Shown: positions 20,993-30,177, numbered from the stretch's first letter. The stretch: DNA of 64,000 nt from Flagellimonas algarum (GCF_040513375.1 NZ_JBEVTG010000001.1:952244-1016243); one strand, 5' to 3'. The notes: generated by a model not told the origin, from the letters alone. Numbers and translations: made by a program.

Positions 20993-21000
20993 TATATTTG
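20993..21000 (+). promoter_or_regulatory. -7 box TATATTTG within an imperfect ~30-bp direct repeat (ATTTGCGTAA...ACACAAAATA, twice)
   Basis: 20941..20970 versus 20995..21026 share the ATTTGCGTAA and ACACAAAATA blocks. 40 nt upstream of the SPFH gene ATG. Confidence 0.3.
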
Positions 21001-21039
21001 CGTAATAAATACACAAAATAATCTTAAAAACCAGTCGTT

Positions 21040-22056
21040 ATGTTCGGAATAAACTACATCAAATTCGATTCCATGAATTATGTCATCCATTTTAAAAATG
21101 GAAAAACTAAAAAGGAAGGGCGAGGACTTTCTTTCTTTTACTTTGCCCCGAACTCCTCCATAGTTTCCATTCCCATGGAGAGTAAAGACTTTCAATTCAT
21201 TTTTAAAGAGACCACCAAAGACTACCAAGAAGTTTCCATTCAAGGTCAGATTACTTATAAAGTAAAAGACCCAAAACAATTGGCCGAGGTTCTTGACTTC
21301 ACTGTTGACAGTAAAGGGTACTATATCAAAGATGACAATGAGAAAATCCAACAGCGCATCATCAATGAGGCCCAAACGGCAAGTGCCGGGGTTATACAAA
21401 AGTTAAGTCTTAAAGAAGCGTTACGTCAATTACAGCAGATAGAAACGCAGATCATGGAGAGTGTTCAAAACTCTAAAACCGTACATATGCTTGGTCTTGA
21501 AATATTGAGCGTAAACGTTTTGGGTGTCACCCCAAACCCTGAAATGGCCAGAGCATTGGAGGCCCAGATGCGGGAATCACTTCAAAAGGAAGCGGATCAG
21601 GCCATTTATGAGCGAAGAAATTTTGCCGTTGAACAAGAGCGCATCATCAAGGAAACGGAACTGAATACGGAAATCGCTGTCGAAGAAAAACAGAAACAAA
21701 TCGCTGAAAAGCAAATGGAAACCGAATTAGTGAAGCAAGAAAATGAGCAAAAACTCAAAGAAATGGATATGGCGTCCAACATCTCTTTGGAGGATAGCAA
21801 ACAGCAACTAATCGACCTTAGGGTCGAAAACGAAAAGAAGGAAGCAGATGCTAAAGAGTATGTATTGCATGCCAATCTTCGCCCTTATAAGGAATTGGAT
21901 TGGAAGACGCTTATGGCCATTAATTCCAAAGGTATCGACCCAAGGAATCACATTGCCCTTGCTTTTAGGGAATTGGCCGAGAATGCGGACAAAATAGGTA
22001 ATCTCAATATTTCTCCGGATTTATTGGAGGCTATCATGAGCACAAAGACCGCCTAG
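21040..22056 (+). CDS. SPFH/band-7 domain protein (soluble, no N-terminal TM) with a C-terminal coiled-coil
   Basis: The first 150 aa fit the beta-rich SPFH core (...VSIPMESKDFQFIFKETTKDYQEVSIQGQITYKV...). Residues 180-270 are a Glu/Lys/Gln-rich heptad coiled-coil. Confidence 0.55.
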   Translation: MFGINYIKFDSMNYVIHFKNGKTKKEGRGLSFFYFAPNSSIVSIPMESKDFQFIFKETTKDYQEVSIQGQITYKVKDPKQLAEVLDFTVDSKGYYIKDDNEKIQQRIINEAQTASAGVIQKLSLKEALRQLQQIETQIMESVQNSKTVHMLGLEILSVNVLGVTPNPEMARALEAQMRESLQKEADQAIYERRNFAVEQERIIKETELNTEIAVEEKQKQIAEKQMETELVKQENEQKLKEMDMASNISLEDSKQQLIDLRVENEKKEADAKEYVLHANLRPYKELDWKTLMAINSKGIDPRNHIALAFRELAENADKIGNLNISPDLLEAIMSTKTA

Positions 22057-22057
22057 T

Positions 22058-22981
22058 ATGGAATTGGAAAAGATCATCATTGTTAGGGATAAAACAAGGC
22101 TTGAGCAACTCGTAGAACGGTTTAATTCAAAGGCCCAAGCCAAGTTTTACCTCGAACGCTCCGGAGAGGATTTTGGTTTTTACGAACAAGAGCACAACAC
22201 CTTTTATGCATCACTTGAGCAGGTTCAAAAAACAATTTCCCCTTTGTTCAAGAGTAAGGTGCTGTTCCGTTCTTATTTATCGACCTACATGTTCGCTGAA
22301 GGGGATTTGATCGTGGTCCTCGGTCAAGATGGCTTGGTTGCCAATACCGCCAAATATGTAAACGGACTTCCTATAGTAGCCGTTAATCCGGACGAAGAAC
22401 GTTATGATGGTGTTCTGTTGCCCCATGGTCCGCAAACATTGTTGCCGGCTATTAAAGGCGTTCTTAATGGGACCTATGAATCAAAAAGAGTGACCATGGC
22501 CAAAGCTACCATGAACGATGGGCAAACATTATTGGCCTTCAATGATTTCTATATAGGTGCATCATCGCATGTTTCGTCCCGATATAACCTTGAATTCAAG
22601 GGAAAAAGGGAAAGTCAATCCTCTAGCGGTATTTTGGTTGCTACGGGTGCGGGCTCAACAGGGTGGATCAGCTCTGTCTTTAATATGACCAATAACATCA
22701 ACCAGCATTTTCATAAACAAAAAAACGCGTTCACGGCTGGGTTGGAATGGGAAGACGAACAATTGCTGTTCGTGGTGAGGGAACCTTTTTTAAGTAAAAT
22801 GTCCCAAATAGATTTAGGGTGCGGGATCATAACGAAAAATACACGACTAAAAATCGAATCCAAGATGCCTCAAAACGGAGTTGTTTTTAGTGATGGTATC
22901 GAAGCTGACTTTTTGAACTTTAATTCAGGAAATACACTTAGTATCGGAATCGCCGATGAAAAGGCAAATTTGATTATTTAA
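22058..22981 (+). CDS. NAD-kinase-fold protein (PpnK/diacylglycerol-kinase catalytic superfamily)
   Basis: GDLIVVLGQDGLVAN (compare the GGDGT motif), NDFYIGASSH (compare NE.....) and SGILVATGAGSTGWISSV (compare DGlivSTPTGSTAYslSAGGP). Overlaps the upstream gene by 1 nt. Confidence 0.55.
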   Translation: MELEKIIIVRDKTRLEQLVERFNSKAQAKFYLERSGEDFGFYEQEHNTFYASLEQVQKTISPLFKSKVLFRSYLSTYMFAEGDLIVVLGQDGLVANTAKYVNGLPIVAVNPDEERYDGVLLPHGPQTLLPAIKGVLNGTYESKRVTMAKATMNDGQTLLAFNDFYIGASSHVSSRYNLEFKGKRESQSSSGILVATGAGSTGWISSVFNMTNNINQHFHKQKNAFTAGLEWEDEQLLFVVREPFLSKMSQIDLGCGIITKNTRLKIESKMPQNGVVFSDGIEADFLNFNSGNTLSIGIADEKANLII

Positions 22982-22982
22982 A

Positions 22983-23936
22983 ATGGGGAGAATCAAAAAT
23001 GGTATAATTGGTTTGGCTATTGGGGATGCCCTTGGAGTCCCTGTAGAATTTATTTCCCGTGAAGAATTGAATGCTTCTCCTGTTATGGATATGATTGCCT
23101 TTGGGACACATGATCAGCCCTTGGGCACCTGGTCTGATGACACTTCATTGACGCTTTGCATGTGTGAAGCCCTATTAGAGGGCTTTGACTTGACCAGGAT
23201 TGCCAAGAATTTTATTTTTTGGAAGTACGGTATGTTTTGGACCCCCCATGGGTCTGTTTTTGACATCGGTATCCAAACAAGCAAATCAATAGACAAATTG
23301 AGCAAGGTCATCCAATCTGAACAGTTGGAAGATCTACGATTACTACGATATGAAGCGGATGAGTTCTCCAATGGGAATGGCTCATTAATGCGAATCCTTC
23401 CTTTATATTTTTATTTGAAAGGATCGTCGGTGGAGGGTGATTTTCAACTCATTTGGGAGGTCTCCGCGTTGACACATGGGCATATTCGTTCAGCACTTGC
23501 CTGTATGTTTTATTTGATGATGGTCGATGAATTGGTCCTAGGAAATACGAAAACGGAATCGTATGTAAAGGCCAAAGAACGAATGAACGTGTTTTTTGAA
23601 GTTCGTGATATTGCCGAAAGGGAAATCCGTGTTTTCGACCGAATTGTTTTAAACGATATTAGGGATTTGGAACGTAAAGAAATCCAATCCTCAGGATACG
23701 TCATACATAGTCTCGAGGCGGCTTTGTGGTGCTTTTTGAAAACCGATAGCTTCAAGGAATGTGTGTTAAAAGCAGTCAATCTTGGTGAAGACACCGATAC
23801 TGTTGGCGCTATTGCAGGCGGCCTTGCAGGGGTATACTACGGCGAGCGGAACATTCCGAAAAAATGGATGGATAATTTGGTAAAAATCGACCAGATAAAG
23901 GCATTGTGCGGGCAATTGGAAGCGTATTGGTCTTAA
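22983..23936 (+). CDS. ADP-ribosylglycohydrolase family protein
   Basis: N-terminal GIIGLAIGDALGVPVEF and C-terminal NLGEDTDTVGAIAGGLAGVYYG, the ARH Mg-binding motifs. Confidence 0.8.
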   Translation: MGRIKNGIIGLAIGDALGVPVEFISREELNASPVMDMIAFGTHDQPLGTWSDDTSLTLCMCEALLEGFDLTRIAKNFIFWKYGMFWTPHGSVFDIGIQTSKSIDKLSKVIQSEQLEDLRLLRYEADEFSNGNGSLMRILPLYFYLKGSSVEGDFQLIWEVSALTHGHIRSALACMFYLMMVDELVLGNTKTESYVKAKERMNVFFEVRDIAEREIRVFDRIVLNDIRDLERKEIQSSGYVIHSLEAALWCFLKTDSFKECVLKAVNLGEDTDTVGAIAGGLAGVYYGERNIPKKWMDNLVKIDQIKALCGQLEAYWS

Positions 23937-23979
23937 ATTGATTTCAAACGAAAAACCGCCCCTTGACCAAGGGCGGCTT

Positions 23980-24549
23980 CTATCTAGTACCTCCTTTCTT
24001 TTTATTCGTTTTGCTTTTAGAAAGCTTTTTTTTGATCCGAACGATTTCGTTCTCTGCATACGTTTGGTAATCCGAGTTGTAACTGTAGGCCTTTACTTCT
24101 TCCATGGCCCGGATCGCCATTTTGTATTGGCGCCATTTTTCGAACAACCAACTTTGTAGGTTGTAGAGCACGGCTTTGTCCATACCCTTGACGGTCAAGG
24201 CGAACTCCAGTACTTTTTGTGCTTGGGTAAGATCCTCGTTCAAGATCAAGACGGCGATATAATCCGGATAGATATAAGGCAATTCCAGATCATGCTCCAA
24301 GGCTTCCTCGAAGCAGGCCTTGGCCGCTTCGTATTCCCCCAATTGTTCGGCATATATGGTACCCATCATGCAAAGTGCTTTGACGTTTTTAGCGTCGTAT
24401 GACAAGGCATAGTTCAAGGCTTCGATGGCTTCTTCCAACTCATACGGGTAGGCATCCAAGGCTTTGAATAGGTACATATTGAAATTCGTTCTTTCCATGA
24501 TATTCATTTCTTTGGCGCAAGACTGATCCTGATACGCAGGACCGCTCAT
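23980..24549 (-). CDS. Tetratricopeptide-repeat protein
   Basis: 189 aa with repeated A..Y..AL...P......G motifs (ALNYALSYDAKNVKALCMMGTIYAEQ..). Confidence 0.6.
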   Translation of the reverse strand: MSGPAYQDQSCAKEMNIMERTNFNMYLFKALDAYPYELEEAIEALNYALSYDAKNVKALCMMGTIYAEQLGEYEAAKACFEEALEHDLELPYIYPDYIAVLILNEDLTQAQKVLEFALTVKGMDKAVLYNLQSWLFEKWRQYKMAIRAMEEVKAYSYNSDYQTYAENEIVRIKKKLSKSKTNKKKGGTR

Positions 24550-25267
24550 GCTTGTTTTGAAATCGTCTCGAAATGGCTATATCCGCCGGATATAAAAAAT
24601 CCGAAACATCCTATTGGATTGCCTCGGATCTTCTTAAGGGCTAAGACCCTACAGGAAAGAACCGAAGCAACGGTATTGATCGTTCATCGATCAATCGGCT
24701 TTTAAAACTGGTCTGATGTAAAAGCATCGCTTCGTTTTTATTTGTTTGAAATTCGTGTTGTCGTGTTTCGTTCGACGGGCAAATATGGGGGCTATTTCTG
24801 GATTATGCAAGAAAAAATCGAATTTAAATTATTGATAATCAGTGAATTAAGTTTAAAAAAGGCATAGGGGGTCCCGGTCCGCTTTTCAGCGGATTTTCAA
24901 CATGATACAATCGCCTGTCCCTCAATCGTTTTCTGTTTCAACTATCCGGTATATGTCATTTTACTTTTCTTGCATTCGTTTTAAAATTTTTCATAAAAAA
25001 AGCGCCCAATTGGTGTAGGACGCTTCGTTATGGTATCAAAATCGGTTTTAAATCAATGTATAAATCCATTTAAACCGGACACATCACGTCCTTTTCGCGA
25101 GGATAATTCGATTATCCAGCGATAGTCCACCTGACTGAACAGGTCTTTTGGGATGCTATGTACTCCAGTATTTTTCATTTGCATTGCAAAGATGCAAAAA
25201 TCCCTGGATTTCCAAGAGATTGCAAAGAATATCGCTATTCGGGATGGATGTGGCGCCGTCTAATGAC

Positions 25268-28063
25268 CTACGAGTATAAGAAGCTCCGTAGTTGTGTCAG
25301 CACACCTTCTTGGTCAAAATACCAATCGGCGAACGAGAGCGGGAAGACCTTGATCTGGGCACGGTTCAGGATGCGGATTCGCTCCACACTAAGCGCGTGG
25401 ACAAAGTCACCCGGATACCCGATCAAATCAATGGCGTAGTACCCTTTTTCGGTTTGGATCAATAGATCCAGGGTGATGTCGGCGATCCGATAGCCTTCCC
25501 AAAATTGGACCATAGCTTCTTTGGGCAAATGGTCTTGGATCTGCTTCAGGAAGAAATCCCGTTCCAGTCCTTGGGCGTGCGGTTTCGAAACGCTTTTTTC
25601 TTTTCCATACACCAAAAATTTTCGCAGCAGACTCCCAGGACGAAAATCCTTTGGATTGCCCGAATGATACACATACTGCCCATGTCTGGCCCGTGTCACC
25701 GATACATTGAAGACATCCGCCTTGTTCAAATGGCCATGGGCCGAATGATGGGTGGCCCCATCTACGACCAACGAAAGGAACATCAGGTCACGCTCTTCGC
25801 CTTGAAAGGCGTAAGGGGTGCCGACCTTGAACCGATGGCGCTCGAGGGTTTCGACCTCGAAACGATCGAATAGCGCCTCCGAAAGATGATCGACCTGACT
25901 TCTAAAAGGCGATAGGATTCCGATTGAAGTGACCAACGAAGGGTCCCACTCGGCCTCTTGGGCGACCCGCTCCCCCACATCCCGCAGCAAACGTTCGGCT
26001 TCGATGCTGTTGACGCCTTGCGCATCCCGGCTGCCATCACAAGGAATGAGGTAAAGCGACCGTTCGTCACGACCCGGCTTATGGGTCATCAAACGCAGTT
26101 CGTTGTTGTAGAATTCGCGATTGCTGAACCCGATGATCTGGGGCAGACTGCGGTAATGCTCGTCGAGCATGGCTACTTGCGATCGGCGTTGTAGGCTGTT
26201 GATGGCAAGGTCGAGAATGCTATGGTCACGGTAGTTCAACAAAAAGGGATCTACTGCTTGCAACCCCAGTTTTTGTTGCAATTGGAATTGTACGTTCTTC
26301 GATAAGAACGAGATATGGCGCAGTTGGTTCGGGTCACCGGCGAACACCACCCTTTTGGCGCGTTGTAAGGCCGGCAGACAAGAAGCGATATCGCACTGGG
26401 TCGCCTCATCGATGATCACCACATCGAACAGTCCGTTGATCAAGGGCACCTTGTCCTTCACTTCGGAAAGGTTGATCAACCATATCGGGAAGGCCTTTAA
26501 AACGCAATCGAAGTCTATTTTTTCAAAGATGGCGATGCGCTCCGTATCGCTATGGGTGTTCAGTGCCCGGTAGAATTCATTGAAATCGCCCCAATGGTCG
26601 TGCATGACCTTGAGCAGGTTCAAAATGTAGTTCCATTTTAAGAACTCCTTGGTCTTCTTGACCGAATCGCCGTCTTTGGTCCGGATTTCCGACACGATTT
26701 CATGCAGCGCTTCCTGAAAAGGCAGTTTGTTGACCAGTTGCAACCATAGCGACTTGAGGTCATCCCACAGCTTGGATTCCTTTTGGCTCAAAAAATCGCT
26801 TTTCGCTTGTTCCCCCTCCAAAACCGCCGCGTAATCTTGCTCCAATCCCTGGGTCTCCCGCTTGATTTTTTGCAATTGACGATGGAGTGATTCGATAAAA
26901 TCGCGGAGCTTACCGATATCATCGAACCCATTGTGCTCTTCGAATTCTTTATGTAAAAACCGCATGGGAGAAGCACTGACCAACATCGATTTAATGAAAC
27001 GCCGCACTTTGGTGACGTGTTTTCGTTTTCGACCGCCCCTGATGATACAGTGTTCGAAACCCAGCTGCCCGTTGATCTTTTCTGCCACGACATCGACCGC
27101 CTCATCGGTTCTCGAGACGACCAATACCGATTCGCCCCGACTCATATGTTCAAGGGCAATGGCCGAAATGGTATAGGTCTTCCCGGTTCCCGGCGGACCG
27201 ACGATCAGGGTGGTCGGATGGGTAGCTGCCGAAATCAAAAGGCTTTTCTGGGCTTTGCTCAGCACCGTGGGTACGTAGCCCATCACCGCTTCGGGTGTTG
27301 CGGGCAACGATTTTGCCGAGCGCTCGAAGAGGGTGGTATAGGGGCTTGAAAAGGTAGAGGCGGCACCCAGTTGTTTCAGTTCGTTGAGCACCCCACGGGT
27401 CTGTTTTGACTTTTCGACGATACCCATGACACTGAAGGGCAAGATCTGATAGCTATTCTCGGTCCCTTTTAGTTTTCGCAATCGATACCGTATTTGCCCA
27501 AGGCTGAGGTTGTTCGGATAGCCCAATAATTCTTGGGCCTCGATATCGGGATGGTGTTTTTCGAACAAGGCGATCAATTGGCCGACATGCTCGAAGCGAA
27601 ACGGGCCACTGGGCAACGCCTTAAGCAGGGCGTTTTGGAAATTGTCGGTTTCATCGGCACTGGCCAAGAGCTGTAACAACGGATAGTTGAGTCGGCGTGA
27701 TTGCAGGTCGATCCGGGCAAAATAAAACCCGTCGTTCTGTTCTACGCGAATATCATGGTAGAGCAAAGGGGCGCAAAGGGCCTGTGATTTTCCCCGAAAA
27801 TCGACATAGGTGCCACACACAAAGAGGGCTCCATGAACCAGTTCTTTTTCCTTTTCGAACAGTTTTGCGTTTTTCAGTAACAGCTCGCCCTGTTCGTTGG
27901 GAATGGGCACAATGGGATAGGTGCCGTTGATCAGTTCTTCTTCTTCGAAAAAGACTTTATGGGCGACCTTGGGTTTGAGAAAGTCCATGATGCTGATCGA
28001 TCGGTTGTCGGCCAGATAGCAATCATGGAAGTAGTTGGCGATGTTGGCGAGATTCCCTGTCAT
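25268..28063 (-). CDS. Superfamily-1 (Upf1/DNA2-like) helicase with a C-terminal Vsr/DUF559-like PD-(D/E)xK nuclease-fold domain
   Basis: Walker A LIVGPPGTGKTYTI. Walker B/motif II VVIIDEATQ. Motif VI VFNVSVTRAR. C-terminus YRIADITLDLLIQTEKGYYAIDLIGYPGDF...ERIRILNRAQIKVFPLSFADWY resembles DUF559 (yivDF...IEvDG..H...D..Rd..L...G..vlRf). Confidence 0.7.
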   Translation of the reverse strand: MTGNLANIANYFHDCYLADNRSISIMDFLKPKVAHKVFFEEEELINGTYPIVPIPNEQGELLLKNAKLFEKEKELVHGALFVCGTYVDFRGKSQALCAPLLYHDIRVEQNDGFYFARIDLQSRRLNYPLLQLLASADETDNFQNALLKALPSGPFRFEHVGQLIALFEKHHPDIEAQELLGYPNNLSLGQIRYRLRKLKGTENSYQILPFSVMGIVEKSKQTRGVLNELKQLGAASTFSSPYTTLFERSAKSLPATPEAVMGYVPTVLSKAQKSLLISAATHPTTLIVGPPGTGKTYTISAIALEHMSRGESVLVVSRTDEAVDVVAEKINGQLGFEHCIIRGGRKRKHVTKVRRFIKSMLVSASPMRFLHKEFEEHNGFDDIGKLRDFIESLHRQLQKIKRETQGLEQDYAAVLEGEQAKSDFLSQKESKLWDDLKSLWLQLVNKLPFQEALHEIVSEIRTKDGDSVKKTKEFLKWNYILNLLKVMHDHWGDFNEFYRALNTHSDTERIAIFEKIDFDCVLKAFPIWLINLSEVKDKVPLINGLFDVVIIDEATQCDIASCLPALQRAKRVVFAGDPNQLRHISFLSKNVQFQLQQKLGLQAVDPFLLNYRDHSILDLAINSLQRRSQVAMLDEHYRSLPQIIGFSNREFYNNELRLMTHKPGRDERSLYLIPCDGSRDAQGVNSIEAERLLRDVGERVAQEAEWDPSLVTSIGILSPFRSQVDHLSEALFDRFEVETLERHRFKVGTPYAFQGEERDLMFLSLVVDGATHHSAHGHLNKADVFNVSVTRARHGQYVYHSGNPKDFRPGSLLRKFLVYGKEKSVSKPHAQGLERDFFLKQIQDHLPKEAMVQFWEGYRIADITLDLLIQTEKGYYAIDLIGYPGDFVHALSVERIRILNRAQIKVFPLSFADWYFDQEGVLTQLRSFLYS

Positions 28064-28081
28064 GCGCTTTGGTGGGCGGTC

Positions 28082-28840
28082 TTATCGCAGCATTTCATGA
28101 AGTTTCTGCACGTCTTGGTGCACCAGGGTCAACCGTCCTTCGATCATATCCGAAAAGTCCGGGATGCGGTGACAGAACACCTGCCGAATTTCCCAGAGCT
28201 CCTTGATGGCCGAAACGGGCATTACGATATCGACGATGTTCTTATGGTCCGTTTTCAGCGTGATTTCACCCGACGAAAAGAAAAACCGCCTGAAGATGAG
28301 CGCTTCGGCAGTGACTACCACACAATACGCCCCTTTTTCCACTTTCTTGAAATCCTTTTTGGTTACAGCTTCCCCGATAATGATGTCCTTGGGGTAAAAG
28401 CCCCGGTCCAGATGGGTCATCTCAAGGTTTTGGACTTCGAAAGCCCGCGAAGAATCCGGCCGATCCACAGGCAATTGAAGTTTGGGAAGGCCTTTGAGAA
28501 AAGCCTCGTCTTCATACGAAAAAGGATAGTCCGAAATATAGGTGCCCGTGACACAACCGATTTCTGGAAAACGGTCGTTTACGATCTTGGTCGAGTCAGT
28601 GGTCAGGTCCGCTTTGAATTTCAAGAGCTCATTGACCGTAAGTTCGTTGGTCAAGAGGTCGTCGATCGTGATACTAAAATAATTAGCAATTTTGATAATC
28701 GTATCGATTTTCGGTTCACTTCGCTGCTCTTCATAGGCTCCCAGAGTCGCACGTTTCAGGTCGAAAATCTCTGAAAAGGCCTGTTGGCTCATGTTCTGGA
28801 CACTACGGATTTTCTTGATGTTCTTGCCGAAGAAAGACAT
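28082..28840 (-). CDS. XRE-family HTH regulator with a C-terminal LexA/S24-peptidase-like domain (catalytic Ser/Lys apparently not conserved)
   Basis: HTH: IKKIRSVQNMSQQAFSEIFDLKRATLGAYE. The C-terminal ~110 aa (..EVQNLEMTHLDRGFYPKDIIIGEAV...AYCVVVTAEALIFRRFFFSSGEITLKTDHKN..) follows the S24 beta-fold pattern, but has EMT where GDSM is expected and R where the general-base Lys is expected. The 18-nt gap to the helicase gene suggests co-transcription. Confidence 0.65.
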   Translation of the reverse strand: MSFFGKNIKKIRSVQNMSQQAFSEIFDLKRATLGAYEEQRSEPKIDTIIKIANYFSITIDDLLTNELTVNELLKFKADLTTDSTKIVNDRFPEIGCVTGTYISDYPFSYEDEAFLKGLPKLQLPVDRPDSSRAFEVQNLEMTHLDRGFYPKDIIIGEAVTKKDFKKVEKGAYCVVVTAEALIFRRFFFSSGEITLKTDHKNIVDIVMPVSAIKELWEIRQVFCHRIPDFSDMIEGRLTLVHQDVQKLHEMLR

Positions 28841-28852
28841 AATTTGCTAATA

Positions 28853-28866
28853 ATATTTGCAAATAT
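28853..28866. promoter_or_regulatory. Perfect 14-bp palindrome ATATTTGCAAATAT in the divergent promoter region, flanked by ATTTGC half-sites. Candidate operator for the adjacent HTH regulator.
   Basis: The sequence is self-complementary. Additional ATTTGC repeats lie at 28843..28848 and 28875..28880. Located 13 nt upstream of the regulator ATG. Confidence 0.5.
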
Positions 28867-29062
28867 GAAAATTATTTGCTATGTTTGTTAGGTAAATATA
28901 GCAATTTATGTGGTCGCGACCCGTTATTTTGCTGAAAAAAATAGACATTTTACAAATTTAGCTATGATTTTTAGCCATTTTATATGGATGGATTCATGAA
29001 AAGGCAGTAATTTATAGCTTCATTTGAGAGCGACAGTATAAACAGAAACCAGCCCAAAACGC

Positions 29063-29458
29063 ATGGAAGATAATTTTCAAAAGGTCAAAGCATATCTACA
29101 ACAATTGGATCTCGATATCGCCACTGAAAACCAGGAGGAAGGTATTTTGGTCATCAATAAGGAACAAGAAGGTATCAAAAACCTGATCTTAGGGGTATTT
29201 ACCCCCATATTGATCATCGAGCAGCACATTTTCGATATCGCCCAAGGCGATGCCAAAATCTATAAGGAGCTCCTCAAAAAGAACAGGGATATCGTGCATG
29301 GGGCTTTCGTACTCGATGAATCCGGTGAAAAAGTAATCTTTAGGGACACCCTCAGATTGCAACACTTGGATCTCGACGAACTCGAGGGATCCTTAAATTC
29401 CTTAAGCCTATTGCTAAGTGAATATGCCGATCAAATTATAAACTATTCAAAACAATAA
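29063..29458 (+). CDS. YbjN-domain-like protein (putative sensory-transduction/T3SS-chaperone-like fold)
   Basis: 131 aa, acidic, with a two-half alpha/beta pattern (..EGILVINKEQEGIKNLILGVF... / ..IVHGAFVLDESGEKVIFRDTL..). Sits immediately upstream of PspA (3-nt gap), as in yjfI-yjfJ-type operons. Confidence 0.45.
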   Translation: MEDNFQKVKAYLQQLDLDIATENQEEGILVINKEQEGIKNLILGVFTPILIIEQHIFDIAQGDAKIYKELLKKNRDIVHGAFVLDESGEKVIFRDTLRLQHLDLDELEGSLNSLSLLLSEYADQIINYSKQ

Positions 29459-29460
29459 AC

Positions 29461-30177
29461 ATGGTAAATTTTTTCAAAAGACTATTTAAGATCGGCGAAG
29501 CCGAGGCGAATGCCGTAATCGACAAGATGGAAGACCCCATCAAACTGACCGAACAAGGGATACGTGACATGAAAGGTGATTTGGAAAAAAGCCTCGAATC
29601 CTTGGCGCAAGTCAAGGCCTTGGCCATTCGTTCCAAGAACGACACCGAGGAGTTTTTGGCCAAGGCCGAAGACTATGAGCAAAAAGCCATGCTGATCCTT
29701 CAGAAAGGCCATAAGAACGAAATCGATACCACAGAGGCCGACCGTTTGGCCAAAGAGGCCCTTGTTAAAAAGGAAGCCGCGAACCAACAGGCCGCCCGTA
29801 GCAAAAGCGACACGGAAAAGTTCGAAGGCTCCGTGGCCAAACTCGAGAAGAACGTGCAAGAGATCAAGCAGAACATTTCCCGATGGGAAAATGAACTCAA
29901 GACCTTAAAAGCCAGGGTCAAGGTGTCTAAAGCCACCAAGAACCTCAACAAGCAAATGGCTGAGATCGACAGCTCGAGTACCGTCTCGATGTTAGAGCGC
30001 ATGAAAGAGAAAGTGCAGCAAGAAGAAGCGCTGGCCGAAGCCTATGGCGATATCGCCAACGCTTCCAAATCCATCGATGAGGAAATCGACAAGGCCGCCG
30101 ATGTATCGGAAGCCAATGCCGATGCCGATTTGGCGAAGCTCAAGGAACAATTGGGCCTGAATGACAAGAAATCGTAA
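29461..30177 (+). CDS. pspA: PspA/IM30 (Vipp1) family protein
   Basis: N-terminus FFKRLFKIGEAEANAVIDKMEDPIKLTEQGIRDM aligns to PspA [33 protein letters not shown]. All-helical coiled-coil over 238 aa. Confidence 0.85.
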   Translation: MVNFFKRLFKIGEAEANAVIDKMEDPIKLTEQGIRDMKGDLEKSLESLAQVKALAIRSKNDTEEFLAKAEDYEQKAMLILQKGHKNEIDTTEADRLAKEALVKKEAANQQAARSKSDTEKFEGSVAKLEKNVQEIKQNISRWENELKTLKARVKVSKATKNLNKQMAEIDSSSTVSMLERMKEKVQQEEALAEAYGDIANASKSIDEEIDKAADVSEANADADLAKLKEQLGLNDKKS

